Shown: positions 46,731 to 55,954, numbered from the stretch's first letter. The stretch is 64,000 bases of DNA from Candidatus Gottesmanbacteria bacterium (GCA_963711735.1 CAVQFA010000003.1:146971-210970), one strand, 5' to 3'. Notes: generated by a model not told the origin, from the letters alone. Translations and numbers: made by a program.

Positions 46731-48008
46731 TTGAATAATACGAGAGCAGATCAACGTTTTATGTTTTACTACCCCTGTTTTTTTGATATAACGTCAGTAG
46801 TGGTCAAACAAATACTTTTTGTCACTCTGATTGTCTTTTTGGCATCCTCCTTGTTTTTGACTGTCGGGGTATGGTTTCACTCGTATATAAAATATTGTTG
46901 TATACCAGTGTCTGCAATAATACCGCATCATGAGGCGGTGAAGGATAAACGAAAGGAAATGTTGAAAGTATTGGCAGCCAAAAGACCCATTACCCGCCGG
47001 ATTGTACTTCTTACGCCCGACCATTTCACTTTTCATCAACAGGCGATTTCTTACACTGACCGCAATTGGAACTTGTCAAACGGAATGGTGAAATTTGATA
47101 CACAAGCAAGGGGACTCATCGCAAGCGATATGCTTCTGGATGATCAGATTGCCCAGGATCATGGTATTTACAATGTGCTTCCGGATCTGAAGGATGCCTT
47201 TGGGCAAATATCCGTTATTCCTATTGCGATAGGTCAGTCAGTAAGCATATCTCGGTTAAAAAGATTATCTGAAAGAATAAGTACGTGGTGCAAAGACGAT
47301 TGTTTCGTTGTGGCGTCGGTAGATTTTTCTCATTACTTGCCAAGCGCGCTTGCTGATATCCACGACGAAAAAACCATACGCGACCTTACGAATTTTACGG
47401 TCAATTCCGGTGATGAGGTAGACAGTTATCAGTCACTTTGGATAGCAGAAGAATTTGCCAAATCACAAAACGCGTTCGTGTTCACGGTTTTTGCCCACAC
47501 CAACTCCGCCAAGCTTGAGAAAAATCGTGACGCAGAGTCTACAAGTCATGTGTTCGGTTGGTATAGAAGGAGACTATTTGGGAAGAAATTACCGGATATA
47601 TCCGGACAAACATTTCTTATAATGCATGACATAGGCGGAAATATGAAAAAGGAAAATTTGGGAGATAGATTTTTTTATGGTACAGATATAATGGATACGG
47701 TATTAGATGACCGATTTACCCGGAAGAATCTTATAGTAGAAGGAATATCCGGCAGGTCAAAAATTACTATTCCGGGTAACAACAAATTCATCCGTATCGG
47801 CTTGGGAGACGATATGGCAATAGCCGGTGATATAAATATAAATATCCTGAAATTAATTTTTCTCCCCATTTCCTTAGAGAGAGGACAACTCACGCTGATA
47901 AAAGGCGATGAAAAAACTCAAATTCTAAACAAGCTTTTTAGTGATTTGACGGAAAAGAACGGCTTTTCCAGTAATCGGTTTGAGGGAATCATTGAATTAC
48001 AGCTATAA
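46731..48008 (+). CDS. MEMO1 / AmmeMemoRadiSam-protein-B-like family protein with N-terminal TM (tentative)
   Basis: 'IIPHHEAV' and 'VVASVDFSHYLP' resemble the PHAGY and DLSH metal-site motifs of the Memo/LigB superfamily. Confidence 0.4.
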   Translation: MNNTRADQRFMFYYPCFFDITSVVVKQILFVTLIVFLASSLFLTVGVWFHSYIKYCCIPVSAIIPHHEAVKDKRKEMLKVLAAKRPITRRIVLLTPDHFTFHQQAISYTDRNWNLSNGMVKFDTQARGLIASDMLLDDQIAQDHGIYNVLPDLKDAFGQISVIPIAIGQSVSISRLKRLSERISTWCKDDCFVVASVDFSHYLPSALADIHDEKTIRDLTNFTVNSGDEVDSYQSLWIAEEFAKSQNAFVFTVFAHTNSAKLEKNRDAESTSHVFGWYRRRLFGKKLPDISGQTFLIMHDIGGNMKKENLGDRFFYGTDIMDTVLDDRFTRKNLIVEGISGRSKITIPGNNKFIRIGLGDDMAIAGDININILKLIFLPISLERGQLTLIKGDEKTQILNKLFSDLTEKNGFSSNRFEGIIELQL

Positions 48009-48051
48009 GATAGCCTACAATAAATAATATATAAAATAATATATAAAAAAC

Positions 48052-49863
48052 ATGAATCAAACCACAATTGAACCAAAAGCACCAGCTTCACCGCAAAACC
48101 AACCTGACGAAGCTACTCCACCCACGCCTCCACCCGTAACGACCACAAAAAACAACGCGCTTATACTTGGTGTCGCGCTGGGGTTTGTTCTTTCTTTAAT
48201 CGCAGTGGCGGCAATATATTTTTTCCTGATCAAACCGGAGCTCACAAAGATGCAGAAAAGCAGTGCAAAAAATAGAGATGAATTGTCTTTGGGAATTACC
48301 CCTCGGATTTCCGGTTTTCCGGGAAGTAATATAAATATCAGTCCCGCTCCGAGCGCTACACCATATATCGGAAAAAAGGACGGCACAATATGGTATAACA
48401 CGCAGAACAAAATTACTGCCATAAAAGTGTTTCAGATCAGCAAGAACGATGATGAAGGCGCAGCAGGATACGACACGAAAAACGCAGAGTTTTATGAAAT
48501 AGCCAAACTGGAAGACGGGGGAGTACTGATAGACAGTTTTATACCGTCAATTGGGCTCGGCGGAACGACATTAATCCGATTTATCCGCTATCCGGATGGA
48601 TATTCAGTTCTTACTAATTATGTAAATCAGTGGATTAAGGAAAGTCTCGATCAAATCGTTCTCGGAGAAGTTAAACGCGTTAACAGAAGCATTACGGGTA
48701 TAGAAACTCCACAGACGATTACAGTTAATGGAATTAAATTGAAGCTGGCTTCACCGGATCCTATCAGACTTGATAATCTGAAAAACAGTACGGTGTTGGG
48801 AAACACCGATTACGGTCAGGTGTATGTTATGTACGAACCGATTTTGGATAGTGACAGAATATTTGCCCGGAGTCTCTATGTAGCATTAAAAGACGGGTTG
48901 TTTGTACCGTATGTTTTGGATAAAATTGCCTCTTCGGACGATTTCATTCCGGAGATAACATGGAATGGTAATACAAAAAACATCAGTCGATTCCGTCAAA
49001 ATTTAGTAGCAAGTTGTGGGTTGGGCATGATGTATTCTTTGCCGGTCGTGAAAAAAGAATCACCGCTTTTATCCGGTAAAAATGAAATCGGAAGAACTGT
49101 ATCCGGTCAGCCGGTGTATCAACTGATGGATACCAGCAGTTTATTGGTTCAAGCTTTATATTCTAGCTATAAAATCGGACGGGATTATACAGGTGCTCCG
49201 CCTTATTTAACCTTTGATGAATTCACGCAAAAACGCAATCATTTTCTCTGGCAGGATTCGTTGGGTGACTGGCAGATTTTTGCTGATGAAAATTATGCTC
49301 CGATGGCTGAATGCGGCAAACCTGTCATATACCTGTATCCGACACAAACGCAACAGATAAACGTTCAGGTAGGAGCACAGCTACGTGTTTCCGATCCGAT
49401 ATATAAAGATAACGGTTGGTCTGTGATAGCATATCCGGACGGAACGATTAAATACAATGGAAAATTTTACCCCTATTTATATTGGGAAGGGTTGGGTGAT
49501 GGGGTTTATCCGGACATACGGTCATCAGGAAGCGTAATCAGGCAATCTGAACTGACTGCAAAAATTACAAAAGATCTGAAAACGTTGGGTTTAAACAGTA
49601 AGGAAATTGCGGACTTTATGGAGTTCTGGGTGCCAAAAATGCCAACCACACCATATGTGAGATTGACGTGGTTGGGTACACACGACATGGATGTATTAGC
49701 GCCACTTACTATCTCACCCAAACCGGACACAATTATACGCATATTTTTGGACTTTGCCGGTTTAGAAAAACCGGTGAATCTGAAGCCACAAGTATTATCG
49801 GGAGTTGCTCGGCATGGATTTACGGTTGTTGAGTGGGGAGGATTACTACTTGGCGATAAATAG
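48052..49863 (+). CDS. N-terminally anchored hypothetical extracytoplasmic protein
   Basis: Pro/Thr-rich start, then TM 'LILGVALGFVLSLIAVAAIYFFLI'. Confidence 0.55.
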   Translation: MNQTTIEPKAPASPQNQPDEATPPTPPPVTTTKNNALILGVALGFVLSLIAVAAIYFFLIKPELTKMQKSSAKNRDELSLGITPRISGFPGSNINISPAPSATPYIGKKDGTIWYNTQNKITAIKVFQISKNDDEGAAGYDTKNAEFYEIAKLEDGGVLIDSFIPSIGLGGTTLIRFIRYPDGYSVLTNYVNQWIKESLDQIVLGEVKRVNRSITGIETPQTITVNGIKLKLASPDPIRLDNLKNSTVLGNTDYGQVYVMYEPILDSDRIFARSLYVALKDGLFVPYVLDKIASSDDFIPEITWNGNTKNISRFRQNLVASCGLGMMYSLPVVKKESPLLSGKNEIGRTVSGQPVYQLMDTSSLLVQALYSSYKIGRDYTGAPPYLTFDEFTQKRNHFLWQDSLGDWQIFADENYAPMAECGKPVIYLYPTQTQQINVQVGAQLRVSDPIYKDNGWSVIAYPDGTIKYNGKFYPYLYWEGLGDGVYPDIRSSGSVIRQSELTAKITKDLKTLGLNSKEIADFMEFWVPKMPTTPYVRLTWLGTHDMDVLAPLTISPKPDTIIRIFLDFAGLEKPVNLKPQVLSGVARHGFTVVEWGGLLLGDK

Positions 49864-49943
49864 TTTTGGATTGTCTTGTTCTACTCGGGTTTTTCGATAA
49901 CCCAAAACAAACCCACTCTCTCCGCAAATAGTATAATAATCGC

Positions 49944-50429
49944 ATGTCCTCATTCGAAATCCGCAACAAAGAGACCTCCGATGATGAATGGATAAACCTT
50001 TTGTTAGAGAAACATTGGGGGTCGGTAAAAATTGTAACAAGAGGTAAGGTTACATACGCAAATCGTATCCTTGGATTCATTGCGTCTGTTAATGACGAAC
50101 CGGTCGGACTCATTACCTATCAGATTGGAAAAGACGCTGTTGAAATAGTTACACTAAATTCCAAAAAAGAAGGTATTGGTATCGGAACTGCGTTAATACA
50201 TGCGGTGGTGAATACGGCAAAAAACCAAAAATGTAAAAGGGTCTGGGTCATAACGACAAATGATAACCTGTCTGCTATGACTTTCTATAAAAAAAGAGGG
50301 TTTTCATTGAAAGCCATTCATAAAAATGCGATTGAAAAGTCCAGAAAGTTGAAACCGGAGATACCGATGATTGGAATGGGAGGAATACCGATAAAGGATG
50401 AAATAGAGTTTGAAATAATAACGAACTGA
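49944..50429 (+). CDS. GNAT family N-acetyltransferase
   Basis: 'GIGIGTALIHAVVNTAKNQKCKRVWVITTNDNLSAMTFYKKRGF' is an acetyl-CoA-binding motif. Confidence 0.75.
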   Translation: MSSFEIRNKETSDDEWINLLLEKHWGSVKIVTRGKVTYANRILGFIASVNDEPVGLITYQIGKDAVEIVTLNSKKEGIGIGTALIHAVVNTAKNQKCKRVWVITTNDNLSAMTFYKKRGFSLKAIHKNAIEKSRKLKPEIPMIGMGGIPIKDEIEFEIITN

Positions 50430-50539
50430 CTATTAAACGTTTCAAAGCAGACGAAGAATTACTTTCTCATAGCGCGTCCTGAAGACGGGAAGCCCCAGCG
50501 GCATTGCATTGAAACTCCAAAGAACGGTATACTGGTTTT

Positions 50540-51058
50540 ATGGAGAACGACACCCCAAACGACCCGGAAAAAATGAAAATCGAAGAGCTTCTGAGGTGGA
50601 CAGCTCCATCCCGTCTTTTCAAAAAACGGGATAAAGAATACTTTACCAACATAGGTGCGATTGTATTTCTCCTTATCATTATTCTCGTATTTGCCCGTGA
50701 ATACATGTTTATCCTTGCAGTCCTGTCTATCGTATTTTTCATCTATACCATAAGTACGGTACCGCCGGAGGATATAGAGCACAGAATTACAAATTTAGGT
50801 ATCGAAAGCACTGGACATTTCTATAGGTGGGAAGAGCTCGCTGAATTTTGGTTTGAAGAACAGTGGGGTCAGGTGAAAATGGTTCTGGCTCCCATAATGG
50901 GCTCCAGGATAATACTCCTCCTCGGATCAGTCGATAAGAAAAAAATGCGTGAGATTGTATCTAAATATATTCCGTTTCGCGAACAACCCCCTTCATCTTT
51001 TGTCGATAATGCAGCCAAGTGGCTGACAGAGAAAGTTCCTCTTGATAAACCTTCGTAA
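50540..51058 (+). CDS. hypothetical membrane protein
   Basis: ORF with two adjacent TM helices. Confidence 0.45.
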   Translation: MENDTPNDPEKMKIEELLRWTAPSRLFKKRDKEYFTNIGAIVFLLIIILVFAREYMFILAVLSIVFFIYTISTVPPEDIEHRITNLGIESTGHFYRWEELAEFWFEEQWGQVKMVLAPIMGSRIILLLGSVDKKKMREIVSKYIPFREQPPSSFVDNAAKWLTEKVPLDKPS

Positions 51059-51097
51059 CTGGCTACAGAACCGAGTAAAGTGATAAAATACCGATAC

Positions 51098-51169
51098 GCT
51101 CCCGTAGTTTAACGGATAGAATAGGGGTTTGCGGAACCTCTGATCGCAGTTCGATTCTGCGCGGGAGCG
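51098..51169 (+). tRNA. tRNA-Arg with apparent anticodon GCG
   Basis: Acceptor GCTCCCG/CGGGAGC, anticodon stem-loop 'GGGGT TTGCGGA ACCTC', T-arm 'CGCAGTTCGATTCTGCG'. The body is near-identical to the tRNA-Arg(CCG) at 53406. Confidence 0.6.
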
Positions 51170-51212
51170 CACGAGAAATTTCTTGACAAGGTACGAGTCT
51201 AGAAATTTCCGT

Positions 51213-51340
51213 GCTCTGAGGAGTGGTAACGACGAAGAGCAACATTATAACGTTTGAAATGGCTCTGAGGAGCGTTAGCGACGAAGAGCGACCTTGATTA
51301 ATGTACCGCTGAGTTGCGATTAGCGACGAAGAGCGACATT
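51213..51340 (+). repeat. three tandem ~34-nt repeats with core 'TTAGCGACGAAGAGCGAC' downstream of tRNA-Arg (locus A)
   Basis: 'gctctgaggagtggtaacgacgaagagcaac', 'gctctgaggagcgttagcgacgaagagcgac', 'ctgagttgcgattagcgacgaagagcgac'. Confidence 0.7.
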
Positions 51341-51507
51341 TCAGATAAGAAGGTGGGGTGTCGGAGTGGTTAAACGGCCAGGTCTCGTCCCAGAAGTATG
51401 TTTCCGAATTGAAAATTCGGAATACAACTTCGGGATCCCGTACACTAAGCCAAATCTGAAAGATTTGGCAAGTGGTACGGGAATAACCTTAGTAGTGCGG
51501 AGAGGTG

Positions 51508-51583
51508 TGCCGAATGGTAAGGCACTGGTCTCGAAAACCAGCGTCCTGAAAGGGACTTGCGAGTTCGACTCTCGCCCTCTCCG
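51508..51583 (+). tRNA. tRNA-Ser (anticodon CGA)
   Basis: Acceptor GGAGAGG/CCTCTCC, anticodon stem-loop 'CTGGT CTCGAAA ACCAG', long variable arm, T-arm 'GCGAGTTCGACTCTCGC'. Confidence 0.75.
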
Positions 51584-51633
51584 CACTATCAGGGAGGCAC
51601 AGGTTCGAATCCTGTATCCTCCGCCTAGCAATT

Positions 51634-52170
51634 ATGAAAATTATTGTTGCCTCGACAAATCCGACGAAGATCAATTCATCAAAAATGGGTTTTATCCGCA
51701 TGTTTCCGGACATTAATGAAATTTTTATCAAAGGAGTATCCGTGGACTCCGGCGTCAGTCATCAGCCGATGAGCGACGAAGAGACGTATAAAGGAGCGGT
51801 GAACCGCGCAGGTGAGGCGAAAAAACAAATTCCGGCAGCAGACTATTGGGTGGGGATAGAAGGCGGATGCGAGGAGCTGGACGGATCCATGGAGGCATTT
51901 GCATGGATTGTGATATTGGATAGAAAAGGAAAAAAAGGCCAGGGGAAAACCGGTACGTTTATCCTGCCGAAAAAAGTTGCGGATCTTGTCCGGCAGGGTG
52001 TCGAACTCGGTGAAGCGGACGATATCATATTCAAACGGAAAAATTCCAAACTCCAGAACGGCGCAGTGGGTATTCTCACCGACAATGCACTGGACCGGAC
52101 GAGATATTACCGGGAAGCGGTTATTTTAGCACTGATTCCGTTTAAAAATTCTAAACTTTATGAACGTTAA
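51634..52170 (+). CDS. inosine/xanthosine triphosphatase, YjjX family
   Basis: 'MKIIVASTNPTKI...GVSVDSGVSHQPMSDEETYKGAVNRA...ADYWVGIEGG' aligns to YjjX-type non-canonical NTPases. Confidence 0.7.
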   Translation: MKIIVASTNPTKINSSKMGFIRMFPDINEIFIKGVSVDSGVSHQPMSDEETYKGAVNRAGEAKKQIPAADYWVGIEGGCEELDGSMEAFAWIVILDRKGKKGQGKTGTFILPKKVADLVRQGVELGEADDIIFKRKNSKLQNGAVGILTDNALDRTRYYREAVILALIPFKNSKLYER

Positions 52171-52963
52171 ACGCATACTTCTTACGGGGGATGACGGATA
52201 CAATGCCATAGGAATCAGGCTTCTTGTCCATATTTTGAAACACAAATACGATCTGTCCATTGCAGCGACCCGCGACCAGATGAGTGGAGTCGGTGGTCAT
52301 TTATCTTTACAACATGGAGGCCGATGGGGAGAAACCGAAGTTGACGGAGTTCCCGCGGTTTGGTACGAGGGATATCCGTGTGATGCGATGGAGTGTTCAG
52401 TCGCGTATTATAAAAAAGAATTTGATGTGGTCATCTCCGGAATTAATTTGGGTATAAATGTCGGAGGTGCCATCGTATCATCCGGAACATATACTGCTGC
52501 AATACGGGCCGTAAATCTGCACCTTGCTTCCAAAGCCCTGGCATTAAGCTGGCACAGTCCGGCATCATTGTGGCATACCAGTCACAACGGAAAAGAGGAG
52601 TTAGAAAAATATAAGGTGTATCCCGGTCAGACAGCAGGAGAAGTTTTGGATCTCGCAATCGCCAACGCATGGTGGGGGGCAGATATATTAAACGTTAATT
52701 TCCCGGCGAAACCTTCCCGTACTATCCGTTTTACAAAAGGATTACCTGATCTGCGTAACTTTTTTACGTATCCGATTCCCAGAGATTATAAAACAAAAAC
52801 ATACCGGTATCCCAATGACGGAATCAGAACAAAACCAACAAAACAATTGATGTATGATACGGAAAGCCTGCTTGCGGGGTATATATCCGTTACACCGTAC
52901 AAGGCGGACAATCTGGATGAGAGCGTATACACACGACTTAAAAGGAAGGTAATTACACTATGA
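52160..52963 (+). CDS. surE: 5'/3'-nucleotidase SurE family
   Basis: 'KRILLTGDDGYNAIGIRLL' is the SurE N-terminal metal-binding motif. Confidence 0.7.
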   Translation: MNVKRILLTGDDGYNAIGIRLLVHILKHKYDLSIAATRDQMSGVGGHLSLQHGGRWGETEVDGVPAVWYEGYPCDAMECSVAYYKKEFDVVISGINLGINVGGAIVSSGTYTAAIRAVNLHLASKALALSWHSPASLWHTSHNGKEELEKYKVYPGQTAGEVLDLAIANAWWGADILNVNFPAKPSRTIRFTKGLPDLRNFFTYPIPRDYKTKTYRYPNDGIRTKPTKQLMYDTESLLAGYISVTPYKADNLDESVYTRLKRKVITL

Positions 52964-53373
52964 CCATCACAATTTGCGGAAGCATGCAGTTTCACCGGGA
53001 AATGATTGAAACAAAGAAAATTCTCGAACTGGCTGGACATACGGTTTATATCCCAAGCGGCGCAACGGATTATTCCCGGAACGAGTTTTATACGAAAACC
53101 GACGAGGAAAAAATACTCATCAAGGTAGAGCATGACCTTATACGGGAACATTTCCGGCTTATCGGCAAGTCCGATGCGATTCTCGTTCTCAATTATGAAA
53201 AGAAAGGGATTGCCGATTACGTCGGCGGCAATACATTTCTGGAAATGGGATTTGCCTACGGAACGGGGAAAAAGATATTCCTTCTCCATGGTGTTCCTCA
53301 GATGGAATACAGTACGGAAATGCACGCAATGCAGCCAATCGTGATACATGGGGATCTGTCAAAAATATCCTAA
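52960..53373 (+). CDS. nucleoside 2-deoxyribosyltransferase-like Rossmann protein (tentative)
   Basis: 137 aa, 'TICGSMQF...ILVLNYEKKGIADYVGGNTFLEMGFAYGTGKKIFLL'. ATGA overlap with surE. Confidence 0.35.
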   Translation: MTITICGSMQFHREMIETKKILELAGHTVYIPSGATDYSRNEFYTKTDEEKILIKVEHDLIREHFRLIGKSDAILVLNYEKKGIADYVGGNTFLEMGFAYGTGKKIFLLHGVPQMEYSTEMHAMQPIVIHGDLSKIS

Positions 53374-53405
53374 ACAGCATACATTCGCTGTATAATACAT
53401 ACCAT

Positions 53406-53477
53406 GCTCCCGTAGTTTAATGGATAGAACGCGGGCCTCCGAAGCCTGTAATGGCAGTTCGACTCTGCCCGGGAGCG
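53406..53477 (+). tRNA. tRNA-Arg (anticodon CCG)
   Basis: Acceptor GCTCCCG/CGGGAGC, anticodon stem-loop 'CGGGC CTCCGAA GCCTG', T-arm 'GGCAGTTCGACTCTGCC'. CCA encoded. Confidence 0.8.
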
Positions 53478-53509
53478 CCATTTTAAACGCAACAAACAGC
53501 GTTTAAAAT

Positions 53510-53616
53510 GGCTCTGAGGAGCATTAGTGACGAAGAGCAACATTGATTCTGAGTTGCGATTAGCAACGAAGAGCAACGTTGGGTGTGAGTCGCAATCAGC
53601 GACGAAGAGCAACAAT
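53510..53616 (+). repeat. three tandem repeats of the same 18-nt-core family downstream of tRNA-Arg (locus B)
   Basis: 'gctctgaggagcattagtgacgaagagcaac', 'ctgagttgcgattagcaacgaagagcaac', 'gtgagtcgcaatcagcgacgaagagcaac'. Confidence 0.7.
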
Positions 53617-54195
53617 ATGAAACACATTGTCAATCTCATTTTCGAAGCAGCGGTATTGAAGCGCCTGCAAAGGACCGGCTGGCAAATCCTCGGCGACAAT
53701 CAGGAATCCGTCGGTGAACACTCCTACATGACTGCAGTCATTGGATATTTGCTGGCCCGCATGATTTCGAAACCCAAACGGTCTATTGATCTGGAGAAAG
53801 TTCTCCTTATGAGCATATTCCATGATTTCCATGAGGCACGGACCGGTGATGTGGATAAGATATCAACATTTTATGTTACGCGGGATGAAGGTCGTGCAAA
53901 CGATGACATTTTCAGTACAACAGACCCTGAAATGGCAGACACGCTCGTTGAATACGAGAAGAGGGAATCACCTGAGGCGAAGATCGTCTATGAGGCAAAC
54001 ATCGTAGCGCTTCTGGTAGAACTGAAAGCACTGCAGGAAAAGGGGAATAGAAATGTGGATGATTGGATAGAGGGAAACTGCAAACGTCTGCGTATCCCTG
54101 AGGCGAAACAGTTAGCGAAGGAAATATGTTCGTCAAACACCCAGGATTGGTGGAAAGATATACGGAAAAAGCTCCACAAGTCATTTGCCGCGTGA
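53617..54195 (+). CDS. HD-domain hydrolase (YfbR-like 5'-deoxynucleotidase family)
   Basis: 'ESVGEHSYMTAV...IFHDFHEARTGDV' is the HD metal-binding motif. Start set at the ATG at 53617; the upstream ORF extension is a translation of the repeats. Confidence 0.7.
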   Translation: MKHIVNLIFEAAVLKRLQRTGWQILGDNQESVGEHSYMTAVIGYLLARMISKPKRSIDLEKVLLMSIFHDFHEARTGDVDKISTFYVTRDEGRANDDIFSTTDPEMADTLVEYEKRESPEAKIVYEANIVALLVELKALQEKGNRNVDDWIEGNCKRLRIPEAKQLAKEICSSNTQDWWKDIRKKLHKSFAA

Positions 54196-54268
54196 AGTAC
54201 ACCGTAGCATCCACGCATCCGCCATTATTTTCAGTTATCCCCCTGTTGCCGAAAACATTCCTAATACA

Positions 54269-55198
54269 TCAGAGATATCCGCAGCGGACGAAGGGTATAT
54301 AGAAATATCCGAACAGAGTCAGAAAAGGCTTGTGTTTTATGGTGCATATAAAAATGCCCCGCGGAAAATACACCCGAATAAGTTCTTCAGAATATGGTGT
54401 AGGGGTAGGAAATATAACAGGTGTTGGTGTCGGTGTTTCGTTAACTGACGGAGTCGGAGTAGCAGTAGGTTCAGGAGTTGGTGTTGCTGTGGGTTCAGGA
54501 GTCGGTGTCGGAGATTGAATCGGGATTTCTGTCGGAGTTGGTGTGGGTTCAGGAATCGGTGTGGGTGTGAGAGTTGGCAATATAGTGGGTGTTGGAGTTG
54601 GTGTTAAAGTCGGTGTTGCGGAAACGGATGCACTGTTTTGAGGATCCGGAACGGTTCTTAGAATGAAATCATCCGCATTATTATCAGTATCCTGCATACT
54701 GATCCGCTCAATACTTTGGTTTGCGGGTGGATTAGTCGGGAACGGGGAAGATTCATAATCTGCTGCTGTCCCGAACCCCACTTTATCAACGAGCGTTATC
54801 CCCGCATCGCTGTAGAGAAGCACTGCATAGTTATTTTTCAGAGCATTGCTGGGTGCAGAATAGGGAATATCCAGAGGAACGCTCTCGTTGTATCCGCTTG
54901 AATGTCCGATAAGAAAAAATCCATGAGTTGGAATTGTTCCGTTGAGTACCGCCACGAGATTTTCCTCCGTACCGCTAGAATTTTTCCTTCGGAGTCTCCA
55001 TCCGCTCATGATAATTTGAGATGAAGTGGGATTGTACAACTCAACAAATTCGTCGGTATCGGTTTCACCGGATATCTGGACTTCGGAAATAACAAGTGAT
55101 GAGGAAGCGGAAAGTATAGGGGTGGGAGAACGGAAAAACAGAAAAGCCACGATTAAACCAAAAAGACACACTGCACAAATGGGCAGAATTCGGCGCAT
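54269..55198 (-). CDS. secreted lamin-tail-domain (LTD) protein with Pro/Thr-rich C-terminal tail
   Basis: Signal/TM 'ICAVCLFGLIVAFLFF'; 'LVISEVQISGETDTDEFVELYNPTSSQIIMSGWRLRR' is LTD-like. Long 'TPTPEPTATPTPEPT' tail. Confidence 0.65.
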   Translation of the reverse strand: MRRILPICAVCLFGLIVAFLFFRSPTPILSASSSLVISEVQISGETDTDEFVELYNPTSSQIIMSGWRLRRKNSSGTEENLVAVLNGTIPTHGFFLIGHSSGYNESVPLDIPYSAPSNALKNNYAVLLYSDAGITLVDKVGFGTAADYESSPFPTNPPANQSIERISMQDTDNNADDFILRTVPDPQNSASVSATPTLTPTPTPTILPTLTPTPIPEPTPTPTEIPIQSPTPTPEPTATPTPEPTATPTPSVNETPTPTPVIFPTPTPYSEELIRVYFPRGIFICTIKHKPFLTLFGYFYIPFVRCGYL

Positions 55199-55315
55199 AT
55201 GGTGTGATGATATGTGCGCAAAATATTTTCGTCAACGCGTAAAATCCTATGAGGCTTGACACTCTGTCCGTTTCCTTCGTGTATCGGGTATAATACAGGA
55301 TATTAGTCAAACAGT

Positions 55316-55401
55316 GGAGAGGTGTGATAATTGGTAGTCGCCTCGCTTGGAAAGCGAGTGTCCCCGTAAGGGGATTAGGGGTTCGAGTCCCCTCCTCTCC
55401 G
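55316..55401 (+). tRNA. tRNA-Ser (anticodon GGA), CCA encoded
   Basis: Acceptor GGAGAGG/CCTCTCC, anticodon stem-loop 'CTCGC TTGGAAA GCGAG', long variable arm, T-arm 'GGGGTTCGAGTCCCC'. Confidence 0.8.
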
Positions 55402-55954
55402 CCATCCTTCACTGTAGCTACGGATTAGCTACGCTGAGTGTCCTATACTTACATTATAAAAACCGGAAAAATGTAATGCATATTACGCATTTCATATATA
55501 TAATCTCACCTCAATAATGTAATGGACTTCGCTGAACTATTCTCAACTATACGATACATTCAGTGTACCTAAGTTGAGATAGACAATAACGAGAAGCATC
55601 GTGTGATACCATCTAGATTTAATATCTATCAGACACTTCTTCTTGAACTATCTCAACTTAGGCACAATAAATAAACTTATGAATATATCGCTTGATATTC
55701 CAGTGAGAGGTTATAGCCAGAGCAATGATCATCAGATCGGAGAAAGTATACATGACACATTTACGGCAAACGGCGGTATAGTTTGGGAGAATCTGGTAGT
55801 GGCAAAAGAAACTGCTCAAAGTTGGGTGAAAAAAGCCTACAGAGGAAGTATAATGCACGATTTTGTTGTGTTGTTCACATCACCGGTTTTATAGAGGAAC
55901 AACCCACAAACAGAATTGAAGTTACGTTATAATAACATCCCGAAATATTTACCT

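Noticed and set aside
51351-51507. Intron-containing or permuted outer tRNA enclosing tRNA-Ser(CGA)
   Set aside because: No 5' acceptor strand complementary to the downstream ATCCTCC could be found in the leader, so a split-tRNA model is unsupported. Kept only as a tRNA-like minihelix observation.
51213-53616. Possible CRISPR array formed by the 'GACGAAGAGC' repeats
   Set aside because: Only three units per locus, units are imperfect, the spacers between them are very short, and no cas genes are present. A regulatory or structural repeat is more plausible.
54330-54518. 'GVGVGV...' repeat ORF
   Set aside because: It is the antisense translation of the Pro/Thr-rich tail of the LTD protein. 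A simple-sequence artefact.
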